Below, piece after piece: positions 21,108 to 31,376 of a stretch of 64,000 nt of DNA (positions are counted from its first letter, which is position 1; each line of letters begins with the position of its first letter). Location: NCBI GenBank assembly GCA_963666975.2, contig CAXVYR010000004.1:2208001-2272000 (forward strand). Reading direction: 5' to 3'. Below the pieces are notes generated by a model. The model ran no database searches, had not been told where the DNA came from, and saw only the letters and a program-made list of their open reading frames with translations. Source of the stretch: Terriglobia bacterium. Its GTDB lineage: Bacteria; Acidobacteriota; Terriglobia; 2-12-FULL-54-10. The position numbers and the translations under genes were made by a program.

Positions 21108-23210
21108 ATGAATCTAAGAAAAATATCGGCGATGATGGTCAGCCTGTTTATGGGAGCGGCTCTGTGCGGAGGGGGGCTGATCGGAGAATCGGCCAAGGGA
21201 CAGACTCCCTCCCAGCAAGCGGCAACAGGCAATTTCCAGCGCTCGGTGGAAATCTATAACTTTACGATGGGCGCCACCAGTGGTCCGCAGCGCGGAGAAG
21301 AAATTTATTACTTCAAATGTTGGGTGTGCCACAACGACTACACCATAAAGGCGGGAACTCCTGCTCCTCCGCTCAAGGACCTCTTCCAGCGTCCCAGGCT
21401 GATGACAGGACAACCGGTGAATGAGGAAACGGTAGCGGAGAAAATCCGCGACGGCGGGCCCCTGATGCCGGCGTACCGTCACACTTTGGCCGATGCGGAC
21501 ATCGCGGATTTGATGAGCTATTTCCGGGATGAGAAGTGTTGCTTCGACGGGGAGGAGCCACCGGCTAACCCCCGGTATCGCGCGACCTCCGGGGCGAGGA
21601 TGGAGTTCCCAGGCCGGAACAACCTGCGGGGAGGACCCAGGGGAGCGGTGCAATCTGCCTCGACGATCCCGCTAGAGGGGATCCTGGTGCAGTTAATCGC
21701 CCACGAGAACTCCATCCGGACCACCGTATATAGCAACGAGGAAGGGCGCTACGAATTCCCCAAACTGCCGACGGGAGTCTATACGCTGCGAATCGCGCGG
21801 CCGCTGGAATTCCGGCCCTACCAGAAGGACTCGGTTCGGATCGACGGAGCAACGGAGTTGGAGGACATTGTTCTGGAGCGGGTGACCGATTCCGATCTGC
21901 TGCCCCCCACGCGGGAGATCAAGGCCCAACTCGCCGGGGCGGAGTGGCTGATGAACCTTCCGGGCACAGGACAGGAGAAAAGGGTGTTCAGCCATGCCTG
22001 CGGGTTTGGGTGCCATTCCTACCAGCAGGTTTTTCGCAATCAGTATGACGAGCACAGTTGGCGTCTGATTGTGGACCGGATGGTCAATTACATAGGCTCG
22101 CCACTCATCCTTCCCTTTCGACAACTCAGCGAGGTTCCGGAAAGCGAACGTCGGGGTCGCTCGGGGTTGCCCTTCCAGGAGGAACTAGACCTCCTGGTGA
22201 AATGGCTGGCGAGGGTTCGAGGACCCGGGTCAGAAGATGCACCGTTCGAGGTATTACCTGGACCGCGCGGGGCAGCCACGCGGGTGATCGTAACCGAGTA
22301 CGAGTTGCCACGGTTGCTGCTCGCTCCGCATGATGTGGTGGGGGACTCCAAGGGGAATATCTGGTATACCCCCCATCGTAGCCCTTACATCGGAAAACTG
22401 GACCCGCGCACGGGAATGGTTACCGAGTACCGGGTTCCGGATATCCCCGGCGCTCTTCCGGGAACACACTCGATCTGGGCGGATCGGGATGATGTGCTCT
22501 GGATGTCAGAAGTCTGGGCGGGCGCACTCACCAGTTTTGATCCCCGCACAGAAGAGTTCAATCAGGTGCGGTTGGAGACAGGCAGACCTTTCAATGCCCC
22601 GGGCTTTGCGAATTATGCGCTGGCTCCGGACGGTTACGCCTGGAAGGTGATCGGGGGAAAGATTACCAGGATCCATCCCAAAACAGGCAGGTTCGTCAAC
22701 CAATATCCTCTCCAGAAAATCACCTCCACCTACGGCAGCTTGATCAGCGCGGATGGCAATTTCTGGGCTGGAGGCCTGTGGCCGGGAAATCTAGTCGGGG
22801 TGCTGGATATCCGGACGGGGGAAGTAATGGAACTGGAAACCCGCTCCCCCTTGGCAAGCCCCGCGAAAGGATATTTCGATCCGGAGGGGAATGCCTGGTT
22901 TGGAGGCAGGGGTGGCCCGCTGATCAAAGCGGACATCCAGAAACGCCGGACTACGGAGTACTATCCGCCCACCCCCTACGTGACCTTCTACGAGGCGCTG
23001 GCAGACAAGCACGGAGAAATATGGGGCGGAGAATTGCATGGAGGTCGATTCGTCCGATTGAATCCCCGGACGGAGCGGTTGATCGAATACGTGCTGCCAG
23101 AGCCATATGCACACAATCGGAGGACTTGGATTGACAATTCTACCGACCCGGTCACGGTTTGGTATGTCGACCACAATGGATACATGGTTCGCATTCAGCC
23201 TTTGGAATAA
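21108..23210 (+). CDS. Exported cytochrome c + CarboxypepD_reg-like + Vgb-lyase-like beta-propeller fusion
   Basis: Signal peptide; CWVCH with distal MPAY; VYSNEEGRYEFPKLPTGVYTLRI; second motif CGFGCH; repeated blades (PHDVVGDSKGNIWYT..IGKLDPRTGMVTEY). Confidence 0.8.
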   Translation: MNLRKISAMMVSLFMGAALCGGGLIGESAKGQTPSQQAATGNFQRSVEIYNFTMGATSGPQRGEEIYYFKCWVCHNDYTIKAGTPAPPLKDLFQRPRLMTGQPVNEETVAEKIRDGGPLMPAYRHTLADADIADLMSYFRDEKCCFDGEEPPANPRYRATSGARMEFPGRNNLRGGPRGAVQSASTIPLEGILVQLIAHENSIRTTVYSNEEGRYEFPKLPTGVYTLRIARPLEFRPYQKDSVRIDGATELEDIVLERVTDSDLLPPTREIKAQLAGAEWLMNLPGTGQEKRVFSHACGFGCHSYQQVFRNQYDEHSWRLIVDRMVNYIGSPLILPFRQLSEVPESERRGRSGLPFQEELDLLVKWLARVRGPGSEDAPFEVLPGPRGAATRVIVTEYELPRLLLAPHDVVGDSKGNIWYTPHRSPYIGKLDPRTGMVTEYRVPDIPGALPGTHSIWADRDDVLWMSEVWAGALTSFDPRTEEFNQVRLETGRPFNAPGFANYALAPDGYAWKVIGGKITRIHPKTGRFVNQYPLQKITSTYGSLISADGNFWAGGLWPGNLVGVLDIRTGEVMELETRSPLASPAKGYFDPEGNAWFGGRGGPLIKADIQKRRTTEYYPPTPYVTFYEALADKHGEIWGGELHGGRFVRLNPRTERLIEYVLPEPYAHNRRTWIDNSTDPVTVWYVDHNGYMVRIQPLE

Positions 23211-23493
23211 CGGGGCTTGCTTCGAGGTGGCCGAAAACTATTGAGAATCACAGAATAGGGTGACGCCAACGGAAATCCGGACCGCCATCGCCCCCAAAGC
23301 CTGGTTCGCCAATAATGCCAGCGACGGTTGAGATCATCCTGTCCGGGCCGACCTTATGAATGACGCTTGGAGATCTGTTGGAGCTGTAGAAATGGCGGAA
23401 GGCATGGTTCCATTAAATGGGGATCCGCAATACTGAGCGGTATGATTCAATCTCTTTTCTTCTCATAGGAATAATAATAATATCGTCCCCGTA

Positions 23494-23977
23494 TTATTCC
23501 TCGGCTCCAGCCTTCTTGAGGATTTCGACCACTTCGGTTTGCCCGAGCACCCGCGCCGCCATCAATGCCGTCACTCCATTCTGAGTTTTGGCATTGATGT
23601 CCGCGCCCGCTTCAAGCAAGGCTCGTACGATCGCAGTGTGGCCGCCCACTGCCGCCAGGACCAAGGCCGTTCTGCCGTCCTTGTCTTCGTCGTTGTCTTT
23701 GACTGGAGCATCGACATTTGCCCCCGCGTCGAGCAACACCTGCACGGTATCGGCGTGGCCATTGGATGCTGCCCATATCAAGGCGGTCCTGCCCTCCATG
23801 TCATCTTTCGGCATTGACATCTGCCCCTGCGTCGAGCAGCGCCTGCACGGCAGCGGCGTCACCCTGAATGGCCGCGCCAATCAGTTCTTGGCCACTCGGC
23901 CTGCTGCATCCCGTTCGCGTGAGCAGGAGCGTGGCCAGAAGTGCAAGAAGCAAAAGTATTTGACGGGCGCGCCGCAT
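23494..23977 (-). pseudogene. Exported ankyrin-repeat protein (possible lipoprotein), +1 frameshift near 23810
   Basis: GAGGAGG RBS; MRRARQILLLLALLATLLLTRTGC..GDAAAVQALLDAGADVNA, then a frame change to DDMEGRTALIWAASNGH; about 4 ankyrin repeats. Confidence 0.82.
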
Positions 23978-24074
23978 AACGCCTCCTCAAATGCCATACC
24001 CGACAGGTCAGCCTTGCAATGATTGTACACTTGTGGCGCGGCCATGGCGATTGCCGAGGCGCTGGTCAATTTGC

Positions 24075-27000
24075 TTAGAACGAGAATCGCAACGCAAACT
24101 GAATCTGTCGGGCAGTGGTGGCGGTGCTTCCAATCCTTCCCGCGGAGGGGTTGAGGCGTCCGGAAGATCCTGAGAAGATTATCGCGGCTCCGCCAAAAGT
24201 CTGATCAAAATTGGTATGGTTTGGCAGGTTGAAAAATTCCGCTCGAAATTGAAGCCGCCTCTTGGAATCCAGCACAATTTCCCGCTGAAGGGAAATATCC
24301 ATAGTAAAGACGCTAGGCGCGGTGATGGTGTTGCGCCCGACATTCCCCAGGGTGCCCGGCGGGGGCAAGCTGTACACCGAGGGGTCGAAATATTGTTCGG
24401 GGTCACCCAGAATGGGGTTATTGCTCCGGCCGGGAAGCAAGTTAGGCCGGCTGGCGGCAAACAGGAACCCGGGGCTGCGGGCATTAACTGCGGGGGTATA
24501 AGGGATTCCAGTGCGAAACCTGACAATTCCTCCCATCCGCCACCCTCCGAGAATTTGCGAAAGGACGCCGGAGTTCAGCCAGCGCTGTCCACCACCTAGT
24601 GGCGGCGTGTAAAAGTAGTTAATTACGAAACGATGGCGCACGTCGAAATTGGAAAGGCCTCGATCCAGATTGCGCCTCAGCCCATACTGGGAGGAACTCC
24701 CAACAAAGGAAGTAAAGGAATGAGAGGAGGCGTCATCCACGCTCTTACTGAAGGTGTAGCCGGCACGCAAGGAAATTCCCCGACTGAGGCTCTTGTCAGC
24801 GGAGAGCTGAAGAGAATTATAAAAAGATTGCGCATCACTATTTAGAATGCTAATCCCTCCGAACGCAGGATTCACCGGGCCGGCATTAGGTCGGCAATCC
24901 GGAATGGCGGTCTCCCCCGGCGGAGGGCATGCCGCAGGAAAGAACAATGATCCGTCTCCCCTGATTTCCGGGACAGGAAACAGGTTCGCTTCGTAGCCAC
25001 GGAACAGATGATTGCCCCTGGCCCCCACGTAGGAGGCACGGGCACGCCAGCCTCCGGGGAGCTGCTGTTGCAGAGTGAAGTTGTAACGCAGCACCATTGG
25101 GGTGGTCGTGTGCTGGTAATCCAGGATTCGAGCTTCAAGGGGGGTTCCTGCGACGGCCGCTACCGCGTCGGGGAAGCTCTCCGAGGAATCAAAATTGGTT
25201 CTCACCGCTTTCCGGAAAAAAGGAAGCGTGCTTTTGAGCTGGTCTACCACATATTCAAGCATTTGATCGTAGTAAATCCCAAAGCCGCCGCTCAGCATCG
25301 TGTTTCCGCTGTTTCCAGGAGACCAGGAAATACCCAGGCGCGGAGAAAGATTGCGCAACGAGGGGTTATTCTTCAAAAAGGGCCCCACCTGCACCTCGGA
25401 GTCCCGCACCGGGTCAGGGAGAAAAGAGGTCTTGCCATCCTTGTCGTGGATGAGCGTGGCAAATTCATAGCGGACGCCCAAGTTGAGCTGAAGCCGGGAA
25501 CTCAACGCATATGCATCCTGAACATAGAAGCCCACCAGGGTCTGGCGGAAAGCCTTTCTGTTATCCGCTCCCGGAAAAGCAACCGTCAAGTTGGTTCCCT
25601 CCGGTCCCCCCTGGAGAAAGCTCTCTATGCTATTGAAAGACCACTTGCCTCCTTTGTCCGATCCGGAGAACACATCCCAGCGATAGCGGTGAATGTCGAA
25701 TCCCATCTTCAGCGCGTGGCCTCCCCGCTGGGTCACCAGATCGTCCGCAAACTGAAATGTATTCATTATCCTGTCTTGGGGTGTGTATGTCTGAGGGCCG
25801 AAAGGAGTCAAACCTGGGACGTCGAACCGTCCGAACTGGGGAGCGTCGGGAACAAAATATAACGAACGGGGGATCTCAATAGAGGATGAACTCTCTTGTG
25901 CTAACACCGGCCTGGTGTATCCAACGCGGAACGAGTTCAATAGGCGAGGATTAAATATATGGGTTTCCACGAGAGTCAGATACTGTTGGCGGCTGTTGTT
26001 CAGGGCGGTGAAGATAAATGAGGCCTGTCCGCCATGACTGGTGGCGTCGTCAAAGGTATAGCGGGCAAAGAGGCTGTCCCGCTCGGAAATCTGGTGATCC
26101 AGCCGAACGGTGAAAAAATTTTCATTGGTGGGCAAGAACAGCGGGGCGGCGTTTTGCTGGATCCCTCCCCCCAGCGGAACCGAGTTGGGTAAAGGATAAA
26201 GCTCCAGGTAAGGTACCACCCTCGGGTTCACCGGAACGGTCTGAATCACTGCTCCGGAAGCGTCGGTGATCATCCCCTGCCGGGCCAGCTCGTCTGGAAA
26301 GAAGTCAATTTCCGTCTTGGTCAGCCGGTCGCGCAACCCCTCAAAGCTGCCCATGAAAAAGGTCCTTTCCTTCACCACCGGACCCGTGAGGGTGAAGCCG
26401 AATTGGTTGCGCTTGAAGGGGGTAGGCTCCGGGCCGGGGTCAAAGAAATTCCGGGCATCGAGCTTGCTGTTGCGTAAGAACTCGAAAAAGGTGCCGTGGA
26501 ACTCGGGCGTCCCGGAGCGGCTGATGGAGTTCAGAACACCACCGCTAGCGCGGCCATATTCCGCCCCGTAGTTGCTGCTGAATACCAGAACCTGGAGAAC
26601 CGCGTCAGAACCCAACTGCCCACCGGCCGCGCTTCGGGGAACCCGGTTCTCGCTGTTCATTATATTGGTCCCGTCCAATAAAAAGGCGTTCGAGGTAGAC
26701 CGCCCTCCTGCGACGGTCAACCCCCCGCTGCCGCCTCCCCGCGAGCCTGAACCGGCAAAAGGATCGCTCACACCGGCCTGGAGAGTCGCCAGTTGGCTAT
26801 AACTGCGACCGTTGAGAGGAAGACCGACTAGCTGGCTTTCACTGATCTGGCCTGCATTGATGGCAGAGGACTCCCTGTCTGTACCCGCGCCCTGGGCCGT
26901 TCGTTCCTGATCTCCGGAATCTCGTTCCAACACCAAATCCAAAGTCACCAACTGCTCTGCGCCCAGTTCCAACCCTTCCTGCAACCGGCTGACAAAGCCA

Positions 27001-27287
27001 GCATGGGAAGTCTGGACTTCGTAAGTACCAGGAACCAATCGTTGGATTTCAAACTGTCCCTCTGCGTCGCTGCTGACGGTACGGCTCAATCCCGTCGCCA
27101 GATGCTTCACCCTCACCGCCGTCCCCGCGAGGGGCGCTCCTGACTGATCCTGCACCGTACCCCGCAGCGTCGCCATGCTCCCCTGTGCCAGCGCCCCTGT
27201 CCTTGCCCAGAAAAGCAGCGTGATCAGGAGCGCTGCCGAAAGAGCCAAACCTTGCATTACTGATTTGTATGCGTGCATGTTTCTCAT
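24075..27287 (-). CDS. Oar-like TonB-dependent transporter 2 (start uncertain, 27287 or 27278)
   Basis: LRGTVQDQSGAPL, GLPLNGRSY, FEFLRNSKLDARNFF, RQIQFALRFSF. Confidence 0.93.
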   Translation of the reverse strand: MRNMHAYKSVMQGLALSAALLITLLFWARTGALAQGSMATLRGTVQDQSGAPLAGTAVRVKHLATGLSRTVSSDAEGQFEIQRLVPGTYEVQTSHAGFVSRLQEGLELGAEQLVTLDLVLERDSGDQERTAQGAGTDRESSAINAGQISESQLVGLPLNGRSYSQLATLQAGVSDPFAGSGSRGGGSGGLTVAGGRSTSNAFLLDGTNIMNSENRVPRSAAGGQLGSDAVLQVLVFSSNYGAEYGRASGGVLNSISRSGTPEFHGTFFEFLRNSKLDARNFFDPGPEPTPFKRNQFGFTLTGPVVKERTFFMGSFEGLRDRLTKTEIDFFPDELARQGMITDASGAVIQTVPVNPRVVPYLELYPLPNSVPLGGGIQQNAAPLFLPTNENFFTVRLDHQISERDSLFARYTFDDATSHGGQASFIFTALNNSRQQYLTLVETHIFNPRLLNSFRVGYTRPVLAQESSSSIEIPRSLYFVPDAPQFGRFDVPGLTPFGPQTYTPQDRIMNTFQFADDLVTQRGGHALKMGFDIHRYRWDVFSGSDKGGKWSFNSIESFLQGGPEGTNLTVAFPGADNRKAFRQTLVGFYVQDAYALSSRLQLNLGVRYEFATLIHDKDGKTSFLPDPVRDSEVQVGPFLKNNPSLRNLSPRLGISWSPGNSGNTMLSGGFGIYYDQMLEYVVDQLKSTLPFFRKAVRTNFDSSESFPDAVAAVAGTPLEARILDYQHTTTPMVLRYNFTLQQQLPGGWRARASYVGARGNHLFRGYEANLFPVPEIRGDGSLFFPAACPPPGETAIPDCRPNAGPVNPAFGGISILNSDAQSFYNSLQLSADKSLSRGISLRAGYTFSKSVDDASSHSFTSFVGSSSQYGLRRNLDRGLSNFDVRHRFVINYFYTPPLGGGQRWLNSGVLSQILGGWRMGGIVRFRTGIPYTPAVNARSPGFLFAASRPNLLPGRSNNPILGDPEQYFDPSVYSLPPPGTLGNVGRNTITAPSVFTMDISLQREIVLDSKRRLQFRAEFFNLPNHTNFDQTFGGAAIIFSGSSGRLNPSAGRIGSTATTARQIQFALRFSF

Positions 27288-27780
27288 TTCCTCGATAAGG
27301 CGGACTTCAACCGGAATTAGTTTTTTGACCCGCCGACGATTGCGATTGTACACCCATCTGCCTCCAACTGCGCCCTTCCAGCGCAGTTTTGCTGTCAGCG
27401 GCTCTCCGCCTCCCTTTCCGGGTCCCCTATCAGCATCCAGAATCAGCTTTTTCAGACACCTTCCCATTGCAAATGATGCAATTTCATCAAATTCAGGGTA
27501 ACGCGACAAATCTCTTTACTTTCACCCAAAGTTGTGCCATAAGTCCTCGCATTGGCCGAGCGTCAGAGCGGCGCTAGGTACGAGCAGAAGCAATGCGCAG
27601 AGAGTTCACAATGCGAGCTTTTTTTCTAAGGCAAATCTGCGCGGCATTGTTTGACAACAACTTCTGCTTCGTTTGGGTTAAAGCGTCTTTTTTTACGACC
27701 GGCCTGAAATCGCATTAGAAAAATGGCGAGTGGATTATTGCAGCCGTAAGGCTTGATACTTTCACAAGGAGGAGGCATCT

Positions 27781-30700
27781 ATGCAGGGGCAGAAACGCTT
27801 TTGGCAAATTTTGGTGTGTGTGTTTTTCTTTGGTGGAATCACTCTGGCTCAGGTCACCACGGGAACGATTTCGGGAACGGTGAGCGACTCTACTGGAGCC
27901 ATTATTCCCGGGGCCAGCATTACCATCCTGAATGTGGATACGGGAATTAGCCGCACGCTGACGACCGACGCGGAAGGCCGCTACCGAGCGCCGCAGTTGG
28001 GGCTGGGCAGCTATGATGTGACGGCCGGGTCGACGGGCTTTCAGACTTCCGTGCGTTCCGGCATCACGCTAACCGTGGGCCGCGAGGCCGTCTTGGAGTT
28101 TACCCTTCAGGTAGGGGCCGTGACCGAGAGGGTCACTGTCACAGGAGAAGCTCCGTTGGTGAACACAACCTCATCGACGGTATCCAGCTTGGTAGATTCG
28201 AGACAGGTGCAGGAGCTGCCCTTGGCCGGGCGCAGCTATACGGACCTGACCGCCATCCAGCCAGGGGCTATTTACCTAACCACTGTGACCCCCAGCACCC
28301 GTACAGGCGGGGGACGTAAAATATCCGTCAACGGGGCGCGACCGGCACAGACGCTTTACCTGCTGGATGGGGTAGAGACCATGAACATTGCGGCCAACAT
28401 GGCTCCTTCCAGCGTGTTGGGAAGGCAATTGGGGACAGAGGCCGTGCGCGAGTTCAAAGTTCTGATCAACAACTATGGGGCGCAGTACGGACGCGCGATT
28501 GGCGGAGTGGTGAATGCTGTCACGCGCTCCGGCACCAATGAGTGGCACGGAGGCGCCTTTGAGTTCTTCCGCAACGACAAGCTCGATGCGAACGACTTTT
28601 TTGTGCCCACCGACGCTCCCAAAACCCCATTGAAACAGAACCAGTTCGGAGGGAGCTTGGGGGGCCCCATTCGCAAAGACAGCACCTTCTTTTTCGCGGC
28701 ATTTGAGGCCGAGCGGGCACGCCGGGGGATTACCGATTTCGCGCAGGTGTTTGATGAGGACGCCTTGGAGGGGCTGATCACAAAACACGTGGACGACAAT
28801 GGCAATCCCTTACCCGTGGGGTTGTGGAGGGTCGATCCCGCGGTGATCATAGAAGACTACCGCCCGGTTCATCCCTGGACCCAGGCCGTCTTGGAGGATT
28901 TGACGGTCCCGGGCAACGGGGAGCGGCTGGGAGGCGGGGCGCGGCGCTATGCGGGTTCCCGCGTCCGAAAAGGGACAGAAAATTACGGGACGATTCGATT
29001 TGACCAGACGCTTTCCGCTAGTGATACCCTCTTCGGGCGCTTCACAGCAGACCGGAGCGATGCGTCTCAGTTAGACATCGGCAACGATCCGGACTGGACA
29101 CACGCTGACGACGGCGCTTATTATTTTGCCACCATTCAGCACACCCACATCCTCTCTCCCTCGGCGATCAATGTGGCCAGCGTCGGTTTCATGCGCACCA
29201 GGATGGCCTCCAAATTTACTGTCGCCGACGGTCTCAATCCCCTTTTACCCTGCATTCCAGGAACGCCCCTATGTAACGGCATAGCGCCGCGCGGTACGGG
29301 AATCGCGGGCGTTCGCGCGTCGGATCTGAGCTTGCCCTTCGAGCTGATCGACAACACATTTCTTTACCAGGATCAGCTTTCCTACAACTGGGGAAACCAT
29401 TCGATTAGCACCGGGGTGGAGGTCAAGAGGTATCAGATGAATGAGTTCCAGAACATCTGGTTCAGCGGACAGATGCGGATGAGTGGGTTTTCGCGCTTTT
29501 TCTCTGCTCGTCCGTCCTCTATTACCGGCCCGGTACCGCAATCGCTAGATCCGCTTGTTGCACCCGACGTCTATCGGGGTTACCGGCAGACCTTCACGGG
29601 GCTGTATCTCCAGGACGATATCAAAGTGTTGCCTAACCTGACGCTGAACGTCGGGCTGCGCTGGGAGAAGATGACCGATCCCTCGGAGGTAAACGGTAAG
29701 GCCGGCTCGGTGGTGGACATCTTGCGGGATACAGGCTTTACACTCGGAAAGGTGTTTGAGATCAATTCGGACTGGAAGGGTTTTGCTCCTCGCGTTGGCT
29801 TGGCCTGGACGCCGTTTAGCAGCGGCAACACGGTGGTGCGGGCCGGTTGGGGAGTCTTTACGGAGTGGCCCTTGAGCTATCTCTATACGCTATCGAGCTA
29901 CATTGTGCCGTTCGCAGACCGGGTTCAGATTCGCAATCCAGTCATGCCTCGCAGTCTAGCGGAGCCTTGCCCCGTTTGCGGTATCGTGACGGGCGATCCT
30001 GCCTTTGCCGGCGTCCGGGACCCGATTATCAACGCATATGACTGGCATCCCGCTTACAGCTACCAATGGAACTTCGGGCTCGAGCAGCAACTGGGCCAGG
30101 CCTATGTGGCCAAAGTGGGCTATATAGGAACCCGCAGCCTGCATTTGACGGGGAACAATAACTCCAATCCTCCGGTACCCGTACAGGATTCGGAGGGTAG
30201 ATGGTATACCCCTTCGGACGCGGTACCTCTCAACCCGAACTTCGGCTCATTCCGCTATATCAGCAACGCCGGAGATGGCTGGTATAACGCCTTGCAGTTA
30301 AGCATGGAGCGGAGATTCAGTGGCGGATTTGGATACCGAGCTTCGTTCCAATGGTCCAAGAACCTGGACACCGCCGGGATTGGGCAGCAGACCGCCGACA
30401 CTCCCGGTTCCATTAACAACGCAAATTCTTTCGACATCCGAGGGGACAAAGGGTTGGCCTCCGTAGACAACAGGAGGAATTTTTCTTTCAACTTCAACTA
30501 CGAGTTGCCGGTGGGGTCGGGAAAGCCCTTTGGGAATAGCATGGCAGGCGTGCTCGACCATGTGGTCGGTGGCTGGCAGTTGAACGGAGTGATGCGGTTC
30601 CGGGATGGAACACCGATCAATATCTCCAGCTCCAATCGTTGTACGGGAAACCGGGTGAGCAGCAGCGGGACGGACCGACCCGACCTGGCGCCCGGGGCCA

Positions 30701-31194
30701 GCAACAACCCGGTCATCGATGGCCCGCGAGACTTTAGGCAGAATGACCCGTATTTTGACGTGAATGCCTTCGTGGCTCCGCCCAGTTGCCATAGCTCGGA
30801 TAGCAGCGGTGATGTTGCGGAAAAGCGAGGCTACTTCGGCAACCTCGGTCGGCAGACCCTGATCGGGCCGGGGATTGTGGGCATGGACTTCTCCATCTTC
30901 AAGAACTTCCGAGTTGGGGAAGGAAAAGGCCTGCAGTTTCGGGCGGAGTTCTTCAACATCCTCAATCGCCCGAACTTCAGAATCACACAGGGCGGAGCGC
31001 GTGTTATCAGCGGCGGCCGGACCTTTGCAGAAGACAGCGCGGGCAATGTGCTCATTGATCCCGGCACCGGGCGTGCTGTTCCCGGCGGCGCTAATCCCGA
31101 GGGTCGGCGCAATAACAGTGCGGGAAGAATTAGTGCCTTGGCAGCCGGCACGACGATGCGGCAGATTCAGTTGGCGCTGAAGTTCACGTTCTGA
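27781..31194 (+). CDS. Oar-like TonB-dependent transporter 3
   Basis: AGGAGG RBS; TISGTVSDSTGAIIPG, ELPLAGRSY, FEFFRNDKLDA, RQIQLALKFTF; several Cys pairs in loops. Confidence 0.93.
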   Translation: MQGQKRFWQILVCVFFFGGITLAQVTTGTISGTVSDSTGAIIPGASITILNVDTGISRTLTTDAEGRYRAPQLGLGSYDVTAGSTGFQTSVRSGITLTVGREAVLEFTLQVGAVTERVTVTGEAPLVNTTSSTVSSLVDSRQVQELPLAGRSYTDLTAIQPGAIYLTTVTPSTRTGGGRKISVNGARPAQTLYLLDGVETMNIAANMAPSSVLGRQLGTEAVREFKVLINNYGAQYGRAIGGVVNAVTRSGTNEWHGGAFEFFRNDKLDANDFFVPTDAPKTPLKQNQFGGSLGGPIRKDSTFFFAAFEAERARRGITDFAQVFDEDALEGLITKHVDDNGNPLPVGLWRVDPAVIIEDYRPVHPWTQAVLEDLTVPGNGERLGGGARRYAGSRVRKGTENYGTIRFDQTLSASDTLFGRFTADRSDASQLDIGNDPDWTHADDGAYYFATIQHTHILSPSAINVASVGFMRTRMASKFTVADGLNPLLPCIPGTPLCNGIAPRGTGIAGVRASDLSLPFELIDNTFLYQDQLSYNWGNHSISTGVEVKRYQMNEFQNIWFSGQMRMSGFSRFFSARPSSITGPVPQSLDPLVAPDVYRGYRQTFTGLYLQDDIKVLPNLTLNVGLRWEKMTDPSEVNGKAGSVVDILRDTGFTLGKVFEINSDWKGFAPRVGLAWTPFSSGNTVVRAGWGVFTEWPLSYLYTLSSYIVPFADRVQIRNPVMPRSLAEPCPVCGIVTGDPAFAGVRDPIINAYDWHPAYSYQWNFGLEQQLGQAYVAKVGYIGTRSLHLTGNNNSNPPVPVQDSEGRWYTPSDAVPLNPNFGSFRYISNAGDGWYNALQLSMERRFSGGFGYRASFQWSKNLDTAGIGQQTADTPGSINNANSFDIRGDKGLASVDNRRNFSFNFNYELPVGSGKPFGNSMAGVLDHVVGGWQLNGVMRFRDGTPINISSSNRCTGNRVSSSGTDRPDLAPGASNNPVIDGPRDFRQNDPYFDVNAFVAPPSCHSSDSSGDVAEKRGYFGNLGRQTLIGPGIVGMDFSIFKNFRVGEGKGLQFRAEFFNILNRPNFRITQGGARVISGGRTFAEDSAGNVLIDPGTGRAVPGGANPEGRRNNSAGRISALAAGTTMRQIQLALKFTF

Positions 31195-31212
31195 AGCTTG
31201 AAAACTGGCATG

Positions 31213-31256
31213 AGGCGCTTTGGCAGGGGCTAACACCCTTTGCCGAAGCGCCTTTT
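31213..31256 (+). terminator. Hairpin/terminator after transporter 3
   Basis: AGGCGCTTTGGCAGGGG-CTAACA-CCCTTTGCCGAAGCGCCT followed by TTT. Confidence 0.65.
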
Positions 31257-31376
31257 GCTTGAATGTCATAAATTTTTGCAAATTGAATGCGGGTTGCCGT
31301 TGAAGCAAGTTGGAGTGAGCATGGGCAACCGGGCGGAGTTCCATATTCGGTTCGATTCGTCACGGAGGGCTAAATC

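Noticed and set aside
23411-23496. AAATGGGGATCC..TATCGTCCCCGTATT as element ends
   Set aside because: The inverted match is too short and degenerate to support
27290-27780. Riboswitch or sigma54 promoter upstream of the transporters
   Set aside because: No cobalamin or TPP consensus recognised; the TGGC..TTGC spacing does not fit -24/-12
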